60,294 nucleotides of DNA from Oscillospiraceae bacterium (GCA_031549605.1 JAVBPM010000023.1:1-60294), one strand, 5' to 3'. Shown: positions 46,785 to 58,122, numbered from the stretch's first letter. The notes: generated by a model not told the origin, from the sequence alone. Made by a program: numbers and translations.

Positions 46785-46959
46785 GCCGCGCGCCACCTTA
46801 CGGATGCGCGAAAGGCGCTTGAGAAAATGCAAACAAACACGGAATAGCCGTCAGCGCACCCGCTGGTGTGCAGACGGCTGTTTCGTGTTTGTGAAGTCAC
46901 TTTACTCAAGCGCCTTTCGCAGCAGCCGTTAGGTGGCGCGCGGCGACAGCCGATAGCAC
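46775..46959 (+). repeat. ~185-nt rod-like hairpin element, family B copy 2
   Basis: Same motifs as copy 1; stems GCCGCGCGCCACC/GGTGGCGCGCGGC and GCGAAAGGCGCTTGAG/CTCAAGCGCCTTTCGC. Confidence 0.85.
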
Positions 46960-47055
46960 GCACCATCACGCCAAAAGGCTTGCAATCTCGCACCCGCATG
47001 GTACACTAGCAAAGCGCGGTCAGTGGCGGCGCAATACGTTTATCGGAGATGTCTC

Positions 47056-48054
47056 TTGAAAAGATTGATAGCAATCCTGCCCGGCCTGTTGCTCTGCCTC
47101 GCCATTGCGCTGCCCGCGTGGCTGGCGGGTCAGGCGGTGCCGGTCATCGGCGGGTCGGTGCTGGCCATCGTCGCCGGACTTGTCGTCGGCGGCTTGTGCC
47201 CACGACTGACTAAACACGCCGCCGTTACCGGCGGCCTGAAATTTACCTCAAAGAAAGTGCTGCAAGCCTCGGTCGTGCTGCTCGGTTTTGAAATGAACCT
47301 GCAGCGCGTCGCGCGTGTTGGCGGCCAGTCGCTGTGGGTCATGCTGGCCACCCTTGCCGCGGCGCTGCTGTGCGCCTACTGCGTCGGTCGGCTGCTGGCG
47401 CTGTCGGGCAATACCACAACGCTTATCGGCGTCGGCACAGCCATTTGCGGCGGCTCGGCCATCGCCGCCACCGCGCCGGTCATCGGCGCCGACGACCAAG
47501 AAGTCGCCCACGCCATCTCAACCATTTTTCTCTTTAACATCGCCGCCGTTCTGCTCTTTCCGCTGCTGGGACAGCTGCTGCACATGAGCGACACCGGCTT
47601 TGGCCTGTGGGCGGGCACGGCCGTCAACGACACCTCGTCGGTGGTCGCCACCGGCGCGGCGTGGAGCAGCCGCGTGGGCAACAACACAGCGCTGCAGTTC
47701 GCCACCATCGTCAAGCTGACGCGCACGCTGATGATTGTGCCCATCACGCTGGCGCTGGCGGCACGCACCGCCAAACGGTCGACGTCAAGCGGCGTGCAGC
47801 TGCGACGGGTGTTCCCGTGGTTTGTCGTCCTGTTTTTGGCAGCCGCGCTGCTCAACACCGTTGTGGCCTGTCCCGCCGCGCTGGCCGTCGTCGGCAAGTT
47901 TTTAATCGTCTGCGCCATGGCGGCCATCGGGCTGAGCACACAACTCAAAACACTTGTCGCGCAAGGTGTCAAGCCGATACTGCTGGGGCTGTGCTGCTGG
48001 GTTGCGGTAGCGGCGGTGTCGCTGGTGGTGCAAAAAGCGCTGGGCGTGCTGTAG
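47056..48054 (+). CDS. YeiH/UPF0324 putative sulfate exporter family membrane protein
   Basis: GTAICGGSAIAATAPVI, GTAVNDTSSVVA, ATIVKLTRTL. Confidence 0.88.
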   Translation: MKRLIAILPGLLLCLAIALPAWLAGQAVPVIGGSVLAIVAGLVVGGLCPRLTKHAAVTGGLKFTSKKVLQASVVLLGFEMNLQRVARVGGQSLWVMLATLAAALLCAYCVGRLLALSGNTTTLIGVGTAICGGSAIAATAPVIGADDQEVAHAISTIFLFNIAAVLLFPLLGQLLHMSDTGFGLWAGTAVNDTSSVVATGAAWSSRVGNNTALQFATIVKLTRTLMIVPITLALAARTAKRSTSSGVQLRRVFPWFVVLFLAAALLNTVVACPAALAVVGKFLIVCAMAAIGLSTQLKTLVAQGVKPILLGLCCWVAVAAVSLVVQKALGVL

Positions 48055-48058
48055 CTTT

Positions 48059-49156
48059 TTAGTTGTCAGCTGCCACGCGCAGCGTGCTGACGCTGCCGAC
48101 GCGGGTCAGTCGTCCATGCCACAGGCGTTTGCCTTTGTTGCGGTTGAGCAGCATGCCCAGCGCCGCCAGCGCCAGCAGCGCGGCCTGCACCAGCAGCACC
48201 GCCAGCCGGTATTGACTCAGCACCCACCACGCCGACAGCAGCGGCAACTGCAAAACGACCAACAGCTGACGCATAAGCAGACGCAGCCTGCCGAAGCGCG
48301 CGTGTTCGTCAGCCGACAGCTTGATGTGTACCAGCGCCTTGCCCAGCGTGCGACCGCCGGTGAGCTGCGGCAGCAGCACAAAGTAAACCAGCGTGACGCA
48401 CAGCAGCGTCCATGACGGCAGCCGCAGACCCACATGACCGGCCAGCGACAGCAGCGCGACGTCGAGCGCAAAGACGACAATGCAGTCCCACAGCAAAGCA
48501 AACAGCCGGCGCGTGTAGCTGACGCGGCGGCTTTTTTCTGCGTCGTGACGGTCCATCTCGTCGCGGTCGTCGACAAAGCGGGGAATCAGCGCGGCTAAGG
48601 CAAAGCCGAGCAGACCGCCCAGTGTGTTAATCATCAGGTCGTCGACGTCAAACAGCCGATACGGCTTGTCGTACAGGCCCAACAAACCCGACAGCTGCAA
48701 CAGCTCAAACGACAGCGACAGCAAAAAGCTCATCAGCGCCGTCTGCCACAGCCGACGCTTGAAATAAAAGCGCAAATAGACGCCAAACGGCACGGTCAGC
48801 AGCAGGTTAAACAACGGTTGCAGCACCAACCCCGTTTTGAGCGACGACAGATAGGTCGACGGGTCGCGCAGGCTAAAGGTGCTGTGCGCCAGAAATTCGT
48901 GGACAAACCAAAAGGGCTTGAGCTGCACAAACGGCCCGTGCAAATGCGCCACCGACGCCGGGTCGGGCAGCGGCAGCAGCACGAGGTAATAGGCCGCTTG
49001 CAGGTAGAACAGAAAAGAAAAAATCACAACGCTGCGCCACCACGACACCGCGCCGCGCTTGTAGTACTGCCACAGCATATAGGGCAGCGTCAGCGCCGCC
49101 GCCAGCAGCGGAAACATCATCGCCGCGGCACGGATGGGCAGCAAATACGGCGCCAT
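48059..49156 (-). CDS. VanZ-like plus RDD domain membrane protein
   Basis: FNLLLTVPFGVYL, FELLQLSGL, RLFDVDDLMINTLGG; RRLFALLWD...GRTLGK. Confidence 0.85.
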   Translation of the reverse strand: MAPYLLPIRAAAMMFPLLAAALTLPYMLWQYYKRGAVSWWRSVVIFSFLFYLQAAYYLVLLPLPDPASVAHLHGPFVQLKPFWFVHEFLAHSTFSLRDPSTYLSSLKTGLVLQPLFNLLLTVPFGVYLRFYFKRRLWQTALMSFLLSLSFELLQLSGLLGLYDKPYRLFDVDDLMINTLGGLLGFALAALIPRFVDDRDEMDRHDAEKSRRVSYTRRLFALLWDCIVVFALDVALLSLAGHVGLRLPSWTLLCVTLVYFVLLPQLTGGRTLGKALVHIKLSADEHARFGRLRLLMRQLLVVLQLPLLSAWWVLSQYRLAVLLVQAALLALAALGMLLNRNKGKRLWHGRLTRVGSVSTLRVAADN

Positions 49157-50403
49157 TAGTGCTCGAGGTTGTAGATGGCGGCAATCGGCTTGCGGTTGCG
49201 CGACACCATGAAGTAAATCAGCCCGATTTGCACCGTGGCAATGCCCAGCGCGACGTAGCGCGGGTCGCTGTGCTCGCCCACCCAGCCGATAAGCAGCACA
49301 ACCACCATGTTGACCAGCGAAATCATAACCGAAAAGAAGCTGGCAACGCGCGCGCGCATATCGGACGGAATGTAGTTCTGCGTCGCGCTTTCGCGCAGCG
49401 TGGCCGAGTTGATGCCCAGCAGTCCGCAGAAAAAGCGCAGCACCAGCATGATGGGATAGGCGACAAACAACAGCACGCCGTCGCAGGCGGCATAGATGTT
49501 GTAGACGCGCACGGCCAGCCAGTAGCGCTTTTCAAAGGGGATTTTAACCACATAATGAAACACGCCGCCGACAATGCGTCCAATCGTTTCGGCGGTGGTC
49601 AAAAAACCAAGCCGCGTGGCGCCCAGCGCCGGCGAATTTTTGAATTGAGTTGTCACCATCAGGCTTTGACCGCCGTAAGCGGCGTTGGAAAAGGTCATGT
49701 AGCTGTAAATGCTGCGAATGCCCTTTTCCTCGCGCAGGTAGCGCCACGCCGCCTTCATGTCGCCGGTGTAGCGCTTGAGCGAGAAGGGCTGCGCGGTTGT
49801 CTTGCGGTGCGCGTCGTCGACCGAAATCAGCGTTTCAACACACGCCGAGATGATGAGCAGAATGCCCTCGGCTAAAAAGAGCCAGCGGATGCCGACCGAG
49901 CGATAGGTCAGCATGGCGACCGGCGCGATAATCGCGGCAATCGAAGGGTAAATCAGCGACGCGATGGAAAAGCCCTTTTGGGCAAAGCCTTCGGGCACAA
50001 CGTCGGGAAAGAGCGAGTTAAAGGCCAGCTGGTACATGGCGCCGATGATGCCGCCCACCAGTGAAAAGACAACGAAGGTGACGTATTCAAAGGGTCGGTC
50101 CCATATGTACCACGTAAAGCCGAGCATGAAAAAGCCGTAGAGAAAGTCAAGGCCGTAAATCCACTTCTTGCGCGAGGTGCGGTCGATGGTGGGCGAGGCG
50201 AGAATCGACACAATGGCCGTGGGCAGCCAGCTGGCCACGCCAAACAGCGCCGCCAGCAACGGTGACGAGGTGTTGTCAATAACGACAAACTGCAGGCAGG
50301 TGTGCAGTCCAACGCCGCCGATGGCGCTGATTATCGTGCCCAGCGTCAAAATGGTGAAATCGCGCGTCCACAGTGTGTGGGATACTGGCTTCTGCACCGG
50401 CAC
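49156..50403 (-). CDS. MFS transporter
   Basis: Multi-TM pattern; LWTRDFTIL, IDRTSRKK, QNYIPSDMRARV. Confidence 0.88.
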   Translation of the reverse strand: MPVQKPVSHTLWTRDFTILTLGTIISAIGGVGLHTCLQFVVIDNTSSPLLAALFGVASWLPTAIVSILASPTIDRTSRKKWIYGLDFLYGFFMLGFTWYIWDRPFEYVTFVVFSLVGGIIGAMYQLAFNSLFPDVVPEGFAQKGFSIASLIYPSIAAIIAPVAMLTYRSVGIRWLFLAEGILLIISACVETLISVDDAHRKTTAQPFSLKRYTGDMKAAWRYLREEKGIRSIYSYMTFSNAAYGGQSLMVTTQFKNSPALGATRLGFLTTAETIGRIVGGVFHYVVKIPFEKRYWLAVRVYNIYAACDGVLLFVAYPIMLVLRFFCGLLGINSATLRESATQNYIPSDMRARVASFFSVMISLVNMVVVLLIGWVGEHSDPRYVALGIATVQIGLIYFMVSRNRKPIAAIYNLEH

Positions 50404-50598
50404 CGCCTCCTGTCGTAATAGGTCGTCTGCGTATTATACGGCAGAAGCGCTGCGTTGGCAAGGGAAAGATGCTATGCCATGTACAAGCAAAAGCGCCGAG
50501 CCAAAGACGTTGACAATCATTTTCAACAATGCTACTGTTACATTGTCGGTAGATAAAAATGACAGTTGGCCTACAACAGGCAGGAAGGGTGAGATAGC

Positions 50599-51321
50599 AT
50601 GGAGTTTAACGACTTTTTGTCAATCGGAGCGCTGCTATTCTTCGGGCCTGTTTTTCTGGCGTTTTATTTCTTGGGAAAACAATGGAAAAAACAGACCAAA
50701 CCCGAGCGCTGGTTGTTTTTTGTGACTTATGCCGTCACAGTAGCGATTCTGGCGATTTATGTCGGCCAGTGCGCTGAAATTCGGGGAGATATGATGAACG
50801 TGCTGCCGATGAATGTGTTTGAGACTATGTATGACGAGATGTACAGAGTCAGTGAAATGTTTACGCAGCTGTGGTCAGCGCGGTATTTACTCGTGTTTGT
50901 CTTCAGCATCGTATTCATCCTGCACACCTACGGCATGGACAAAAAATTTGCGCTTGGGATTATGACGGGATTCGTGCTTACGTATTTTGCCTTTTATGCC
51001 AAGGCGGTAGTTGATTTGCAACCGTTTGCAATCGTCAGAGACGGCGCGATGCTGACGCTTACTGTGATGATTGGCCTTATTGTGGCAGCGTTCAGTTTGC
51101 ATTTCTTTTCTGATGCAAGTAAATGCCACGCACAAGGGCGGCACATTTACTGGATGTGTATTGGCTTCGCAGTTGTCGTGTCACTGTTGTCGACACCGTG
51201 GATGGAGGGCTGGGTGTGGCTGTTGGTTTCCATTATCCCTCTGGTTTGCATGGGCTGGCTGCTGGCCCTGCCGTTTCTTAACAACGAACAAAGGAGTGTA
51301 CCCGACGAACAAGCTGTGTAG
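50599..51321 (+). CDS. Hypothetical multi-pass membrane protein with atypical AT-richer codons
   Basis: Several hydrophobic helices; purine-rich upstream; promoter-like TTGACA near 50510. Confidence 0.7.
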   Translation: MEFNDFLSIGALLFFGPVFLAFYFLGKQWKKQTKPERWLFFVTYAVTVAILAIYVGQCAEIRGDMMNVLPMNVFETMYDEMYRVSEMFTQLWSARYLLVFVFSIVFILHTYGMDKKFALGIMTGFVLTYFAFYAKAVVDLQPFAIVRDGAMLTLTVMIGLIVAAFSLHFFSDASKCHAQGRHIYWMCIGFAVVVSLLSTPWMEGWVWLLVSIIPLVCMGWLLALPFLNNEQRSVPDEQAV

Positions 51322-51418
51322 GTGCTAGGCGAAGCGGCGATCGGCATCGAATACGCCGAGTACGCGCCGTCGCTGGCGTGGGAGCTGGGCAACTGACGCG
51401 CTGAACTCACACACAACA

Positions 51419-51452
51419 ACAGACCCGACGGCAAGTTGCCGTCGGGTCTGTT
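51419..51452 (+). terminator. Hairpin terminator
   Basis: ACAGACCCGACGGCAA-G-TTGCCGTCGGGTCTGT. Confidence 0.7.
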
Positions 51453-51581
51453 GCGTGAGCCTGAAGGTTTGTCGCGCAGGCCCTTTATGTTAACGAGCTG
51501 CGCGGCCGCGTAGCCCGCACAGTTCAGTCTATGCACAAAAAGCCAAGGGGTGCGCCGCCAAGTGTATAGAATTTGTATAAC

Positions 51582-51597
51582 TTGCATAATTATGCAA
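51582..51597. promoter_or_regulatory. ARG box (ArgR/AhrC operator)
   Basis: Perfect palindrome TTGCATAATTATGCAA just upstream of the arg promoter. Confidence 0.8.
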
Positions 51598-51614
51598 AAT
51601 GTGTGCAATAATGC

Positions 51615-51643
51615 TTGCCAAAAAAAGCGGCGCGTGGTATGAT
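51615..51643 (+). promoter_or_regulatory. Sigma-A promoter of the arg operon
   Basis: TTGCCA-17 nt-TATGAT with extended TG. Confidence 0.65.
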
Positions 51644-51673
51644 GCACATATTAAAATTCAGGAGGACGACGTT

Positions 51674-52875
<1,202 letters not shown>

Positions 52876-52879
<4 letters not shown>

Positions 52880-54255
52880 AGCTGTGGGCGGGTCGGTCGG
52901 CCGTTGAGGTCGACACGCAGGCCAATGACTTTCACTCCTCCATCCGCTTTGACCAGCGGCTGTACCGGCAGGACATCGAGGGCAGCATCGCCCACGCGAC
53001 CATGCTGGGCGTGCAGGGCATTCTCGACGCCGGTGAGGTCGACAAAATCGTCGACGGGCTGCGCGGCATTTTAGCTGACATCGAGGCGGGCACCGTCGCC
53101 TTTTCGGTCGACGCCGAGGACATTCACATGAACATTGAAAGCCTGCTGACCCAACGCATCGGCGACGCGGGCAAGCGGCTGCACACGGCGCGCAGCCGCA
53201 ACGATCAGGTGGCCACCGACCTGCGGCTGTACACCAAGGAGCGCATCGACGACCTGACCGCCGCGCTGCGCGGCGTACTGAAAGCGCTGCTGGACAAGGC
53301 GGCGGCGCACACCAAGACGATTATGCCCGGCTTTACCCACCTGCAACACGCGCAGCCGGTGACCTTTGCCCACCACCTCATGGCCTACGCCGAGATGGTC
53401 AAGCGCGATTTGACGCGGCTAAGTGACTGCAAAACGCGCATGGACGAGTGCCCGCTGGGCGCCGGTGCGCTGGCCACCACGACCTATCCCATCAACCGCG
53501 CGGCCACGGCGCAGGCGCTTGGGTTTGCCGGTGTCATGGCCAACGCGCAGGACGCCGTCAGCGACCGCGACTATGTCATCGAGCTGCTGTCGGCGCTGAG
53601 CATCATCATGATGCACCTGTCGCGCTGCTGCGAGGAGCTAATTTTGTGGTCGAGCAGTGAGTTTGGCTTTATCGAGCTGGACGACGCCTACAGCACCGGC
53701 TCGTCGATTATGCCGCAGAAGAAAAACCCCGACATGGCCGAGCTGATGCGCGGCAAAACGGGTCGCGTCTATGGCGCGTTGATGGCCATGCTGACGGTCA
53801 TGAAGGGACTGCCGCTGGCCTACAACAAGGATTTGCAGGAGGACAAGGAGACGCTGTTTGACGCGCTGGACACCGTCAGCGCCTGCCTGTCTGTCTTTAC
53901 GCCCATGCTGGCCACGCTGCGCGTGCGCGACAGCGCGCTTGCCGCCGCCGCCGACCGCGGCTACCTCAACGCCACCGACTGCGCCGACTATCTGGTGCGC
54001 AAGGGCTTGCCCTTCCGCGAGGCGTATGGTATTGTGGGACGCCTTGTGGCGCAGTGCCTGGAGCTAAACCTGCCGCTTGATTTGCTGCCGTTGGCCGTCT
54101 ATCAAAAGGCGTCGCCGCTGTTTGACGACGACATTGTCGACTGCCTGTCGCTTCACCGCTGCGTCGAGGGACGCGCCGTGCCCGGCGGACCGGCACAGCA
54201 GGCGGTGCGCGCGCACATCGACGCGCTGCGCGACTGGCTGGGGTGCAGACCATGA
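52876..54255 (+). CDS. argH: Argininosuccinate lyase
   Basis: [34 protein letters not shown]. Confidence 0.98.
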
Positions 54256-55193
54256 CCAAGGTTTTCATCGACGGGCGCGAGGGCACGACCGGTCTGCAGC
54301 TGCAGCAGCGCTTAGAGGCGTTGGGCGACGTGCAGCTGATTGTGCTGGACGAGGCGCTGCGCAAGGACACCTTTGCCCGCCGCGAGGCGCTCAATGCCGC
54401 TGATTTTGCCTTTCTCTGCCTGCCCGACGCCGCCGCCCGCGAGGCGGTGGCGCTGCTTGACAACGACAGCACCGTCGTCATCGACGCCTCGACCGCCCAC
54501 CGCACGGAGGCGGGCTGGGCCTACGGCTTTCCCGAGCTGTCCGACGCCCACGCCAAGGCGGTGGCCGAATCTAGGCGCATTGCCGTGCCCGGCTGCCACG
54601 CCAGCGGCTTTTGCGCGCTGGTCTACCCGCTGGTGGCCGCCGGACTGGTGAGTGCCGACACGCAGCTGAGCTGCTTTTCGCTGACCGGCTACACCGGCGG
54701 CGGCAAGGCCATGATTGCCGAGTACGAGCAAAACCGGACGTCCGGTGACAAGTTCCACGCGCCGAGGCCCTACGCGCTGACGTTGCAGCACAAGCACCTG
54801 CCCGAAATGACAGCCGTCTGTGGGCTGGACAAAACGCCCTGGTTTCTGCCGACGGTCGGCGACTTTCCGCAGGGCATGACCGTCACGCTGCCGCTGACGC
54901 GCGATATGATGAAGCAGCCACTGTCGCTGCTGGCGCTGCAGGAGTTTTACGCCCACTACTACCAAGACCGTGGCGCCGTGCGCGTGTTGCAGCCCAACTC
55001 GGGCGACGACGCCGGACGCCTTGACCCGACGGCACTGGCCGGTTGCGACGACATGGAAATTATGCTGTTCGGCCACGACGAGCAAATGCTGCTCGTCGCG
55101 CGGCTGGACAACCTGGGCAAAGGCGCGGCAGGCGCGGCTGTGCAGGTGTTTGAGCTGAAACGGGGGAGTAGTTGTGGAAAAACGAACGCTTAG
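54252..55193 (+). CDS. argC: N-acetyl-gamma-glutamyl-phosphate reductase (short, type 2 form)
   Basis: KVFIDGREGTTGL, IDASTAHR, PGCHASGF, DNLGKGAAGAAVQ. Confidence 0.95.
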   Translation: MTKVFIDGREGTTGLQLQQRLEALGDVQLIVLDEALRKDTFARREALNAADFAFLCLPDAAAREAVALLDNDSTVVIDASTAHRTEAGWAYGFPELSDAHAKAVAESRRIAVPGCHASGFCALVYPLVAAGLVSADTQLSCFSLTGYTGGGKAMIAEYEQNRTSGDKFHAPRPYALTLQHKHLPEMTAVCGLDKTPWFLPTVGDFPQGMTVTLPLTRDMMKQPLSLLALQEFYAHYYQDRGAVRVLQPNSGDDAGRLDPTALAGCDDMEIMLFGHDEQMLLVARLDNLGKGAAGAAVQVFELKRGSSCGKTNA

Positions 55194-55614
55194 GCTGCTG
55201 GGAGCCGGTACCGGCCTTTTGCTGTTGCTGGTCATCATTACCATCAGTTTTTTTTGGATCAGGCAGTTGAATAATGGCGATGCGTCGGACGCCCACATTG
55301 ACGTGGGCGAATCGACGACGCGCAGCCTGTCTGACCGCAAAACGGCGGCAGACGTCGTGCTGGATGAGTTTCGCAGCTTTAAGGATTGCACGCTGCTCAA
55401 TCTGCGGTATGACGAGCAGCTGACCCAGGACGAACTCCGAATAGACCTGGCGCCCGACGCCGACCTGTTTATCTCATTTTACAGCGATTTCAAAACCGGC
55501 GACAAACACGACGGCGGGTTTGAATCGAATAGCGTCTACAAAAACTGGAAATGGACGGTTGGCCGCGACGCCGCAACGGGCGAGTGGACGGTTGTTTCAT
55601 ACGGCTACGCCTAA
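55174..55614 (+). CDS. Membrane-anchored hypothetical protein (DUF4829-like) inside the arg operon
   Basis: N-terminal TM; C-terminal YKNWKWTVGRD...WTVVSYGY. Confidence 0.7.
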   Translation: MEKRTLRLLGAGTGLLLLLVIITISFFWIRQLNNGDASDAHIDVGESTTRSLSDRKTAADVVLDEFRSFKDCTLLNLRYDEQLTQDELRIDLAPDADLFISFYSDFKTGDKHDGGFESNSVYKNWKWTVGRDAATGEWTVVSYGYA

Positions 55615-55644
55615 GCCAATATCACAACACACGGAGGAATCCCC

Positions 55645-56859
55645 ATGCCATTCATCAACGGCGGCGTGACCGCTGCCAAGGGCTTTACCGCCGCCGGTAT
55701 CCATGCCGGTATCCGCAAGAATAAGAGCAAGCTCGACCTCGCGCTGCTGGTGGCCGACGCGACCGCCGTCTGCGCCGCGACCTACACCACCAACGTCGTC
55801 AAGGCCGACCCGCTGCTGGTAACGCAGCAGCATCTGGCCAACGGCCAAGCGCGCGCGGTGGTCATTAACAGCGGCAACGCCAACGCCTGCGCCATCGACG
55901 GCTACGCCAACGCGCAGCTGACGGCGCGCGAGGCCGCCGCCGTGCTGGGCGTAGACCCGACCGACGTTTTGGTCGCCAGCACCGGCGTCATTGGCCAGCG
56001 GCTACCCGTCGAAACCATTGTCGCGGCGCTGCCGACGCTGAGCCAAAAGCTGTCGGTCGACGGCGCACACGACGCCGCGCTGGCGATTATGACCACCGAC
56101 ACCACGTGTAAAGAATGCGCCGTGGCGCTGGAGCTTTCCGGCGTGCAAGTGACCATCGGCGGCATGGCCAAGGGCAGCGGCATGATTCACCCCAACATGG
56201 GCACGATGCTGGCCTTTGTCACCACCGACTGCGCCATCGAGCGGCCGTTGCTGCAACAGGCGCTGCGCGGTGTCACCGACAAAACCTTCAACCGCGTTAG
56301 CGTCGACGGCGACACCTCGACCAACGACATGTGCATTGTCATGGCGTCGGGCGCGGCGCACAACGCGCTTATTTCCGAGAAAAACGACGACTACGCCGCC
56401 TTTGTACAGGCGCTGACCGCCGTTTGCCGCACGCTGGCGCGCGCCATGGCCGCCGACGGCGAGGGCGCGTCCAAGCTGCTGACCTGCAATGTGTCCAACG
56501 CGCCCGACGAGGCTTCTGCCGTGGCGCTGGCCAAGAGCGTCATCAGCTCTTCGCTGGTCAAGACGGCCATGTTTGGCCGCGACGCCAACTGGGGCCGCGT
56601 CATCTGCGCGCTGGGCTATTCAGGCGTGGCGTTTGACCCAAACACCGTCGACATCGCCTTTGCCGCCGATGGTCAGACGCTGGCCGTCTGCCGGCAGGGC
56701 AGGGGTCTTGACTTTGACGAGGACGCCGCGCTGGCGCTGCTGAGCCACCACGAGGTCGATATAAACGTCGATTTACACGCCGGAAACGCCAGCGCCGACG
56801 CGTACGGCTGTGATTTGACGTATGGCTACGTTAAAATTAACGGCGATTATAGAACCTAA
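55645..56859 (+). CDS. argJ: Bifunctional ornithine acetyltransferase
   Basis: NSGNANAC, KGSGMIHPNMGTML, DGDTSTND, DGEGASK, INGDYRT. Confidence 0.97.
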   Translation: MPFINGGVTAAKGFTAAGIHAGIRKNKSKLDLALLVADATAVCAATYTTNVVKADPLLVTQQHLANGQARAVVINSGNANACAIDGYANAQLTAREAAAVLGVDPTDVLVASTGVIGQRLPVETIVAALPTLSQKLSVDGAHDAALAIMTTDTTCKECAVALELSGVQVTIGGMAKGSGMIHPNMGTMLAFVTTDCAIERPLLQQALRGVTDKTFNRVSVDGDTSTNDMCIVMASGAAHNALISEKNDDYAAFVQALTAVCRTLARAMAADGEGASKLLTCNVSNAPDEASAVALAKSVISSSLVKTAMFGRDANWGRVICALGYSGVAFDPNTVDIAFAADGQTLAVCRQGRGLDFDEDAALALLSHHEVDINVDLHAGNASADAYGCDLTYGYVKINGDYRT

Positions 56860-57044
56860 TGGCTTGAGCCGATTGACCCGTTACGGATGCGGCAACGCGC
56901 CGCGACCATCAACGCAAACAACTCGGAATAGACGCAGGCCACGCTCGCAAGCGAGGACGGCGGCTGTTTTGAGTTATGAAGTCGTTGTGGGCACGGTGTG
57001 ATTGCGGCTGCCGTTAGGGGTCAGGCGGCGAGTGCCGATAGCAC
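56858..57044 (+). repeat. ~187-nt rod-like hairpin element, family B copy 3
   Basis: AATGG...TTACGGATGC...CGGAATAG...CTGTTTTG...GAAGTC...GCCGTTAG...CCGATAGCAC. Confidence 0.85.
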
Positions 57045-57075
57045 CGAAATTTACAAACCTAGGAGGCTGCCCACC

Positions 57076-57939
57076 ATGATTCACATCGACAACCTCAACC
57101 GCGCCGAGGTGCTGAGCGAGGCGCTGCCCTACATTCAGGAGTACAACAAGCAGATCGTCGTCATCAAGTACGGCGGTGCCGCCATGCAAAGCGCCGAGCT
57201 GAAACAGGCCGTTATCAGCGACATCGTGCTGCTGAGCTTGGTCGGCATCAAGGTCGTGCTGGTGCACGGCGGCGGGCCGGAAATCAACGAGCTGCTGGGC
57301 AAAATGGGCAAGCAGGCCAAGTTTGTCAACGGTCTGCGCTACACCGACGAGGAGACGATGGACGTCGTGCAGATGGTGCTGTGCGGCAAAATCAGCAAGG
57401 AGCTGGTGGCCAAAATCGGCCAGACGGGCGGTCGCGCGCTCAGCCTGTCGGGCATAGACGGCAACCTGTTTACCGCCCGTCGCATGACCGAGGAGGGCGA
57501 CCTCGGGCTGGTGGGCGACATTGTCGGCGTCGACCCGCAGCCGGTGCTCGACGCGCTGGACAACGGCTATATCCCCGTCATCTCAACCGTGGCGGCGGGA
57601 CAGGACGCCAACGTCAGCTACAACATCAACGCCGACACCGCCGCGTCGCGGCTGGCCATCGCGCTCAAGGCCAAGAAGCTGATGCTGCTGACCGACGTGC
57701 GCGGCATACTGCGCGACGCCAGGGACGACAGCACGCTGCTGCCCGTCGTGCCGCTGCACGAGGTGCCGCGTCTGGTCAAGGAAAAGGTCATCACCGGCGG
57801 CATGAAGCCCAAGGTCGACTGCTGCGTACAAGCCGTCCGCGAGGGCGTAACCCGCACCCACATCCTAGACGGCCGCATCCCGCATGCCATTCTCATTGAG
57901 CTGCTGAGTAATACTGGGGTCGGTACCATGATTTTGTAA
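57076..57939 (+). CDS. argB: Acetylglutamate kinase
   Basis: IKYGG, VHGGGPEI, GLRYTD, NINAD, GGMKPK. Confidence 0.97.
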   Translation: MIHIDNLNRAEVLSEALPYIQEYNKQIVVIKYGGAAMQSAELKQAVISDIVLLSLVGIKVVLVHGGGPEINELLGKMGKQAKFVNGLRYTDEETMDVVQMVLCGKISKELVAKIGQTGGRALSLSGIDGNLFTARRMTEEGDLGLVGDIVGVDPQPVLDALDNGYIPVISTVAAGQDANVSYNINADTAASRLAIALKAKKLMLLTDVRGILRDARDDSTLLPVVPLHEVPRLVKEKVITGGMKPKVDCCVQAVREGVTRTHILDGRIPHAILIELLSNTGVGTMIL

Positions 57940-58122
57940 TGGCTTGAGCCGGTTGAACCGTTACGGATGCGGCAACGCGCCGCGACCATCAACGCAAGTA
58001 ACTCGGAATAGGCGGTGGGCACACCGCGTGTGGCCATCGACTGTTTCGAGTTATGAAGTCGTTGTGGGCGCGGTGTGCTTGCCAGCAGCCGTTAGGGTTC
58101 AGGCGGCGAGTGCCGATCCCCG
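57938..58122 (+). repeat. ~185-nt rod-like hairpin element, family B copy 4
   Basis: Close to copy 3 (shared GTTACGGATGCGGCAACGCGCCGCGACCATCAACGCAA), different apical stem. Confidence 0.85.

Noticed and set aside
51319..51321. Pyrrolysine read-through of the amber codon
   Set aside because: No pyl genes in the window and the protein is not a methyltransferase; a gene remnant is the simpler explanation.
56858..58122. Family B copies in the arg operon as T-box riboswitches or attenuators
   Set aside because: No GGTGGNACCGCG T-box, no terminator U tail, and the same element follows upp and sigF; the operon has an ARG box instead.
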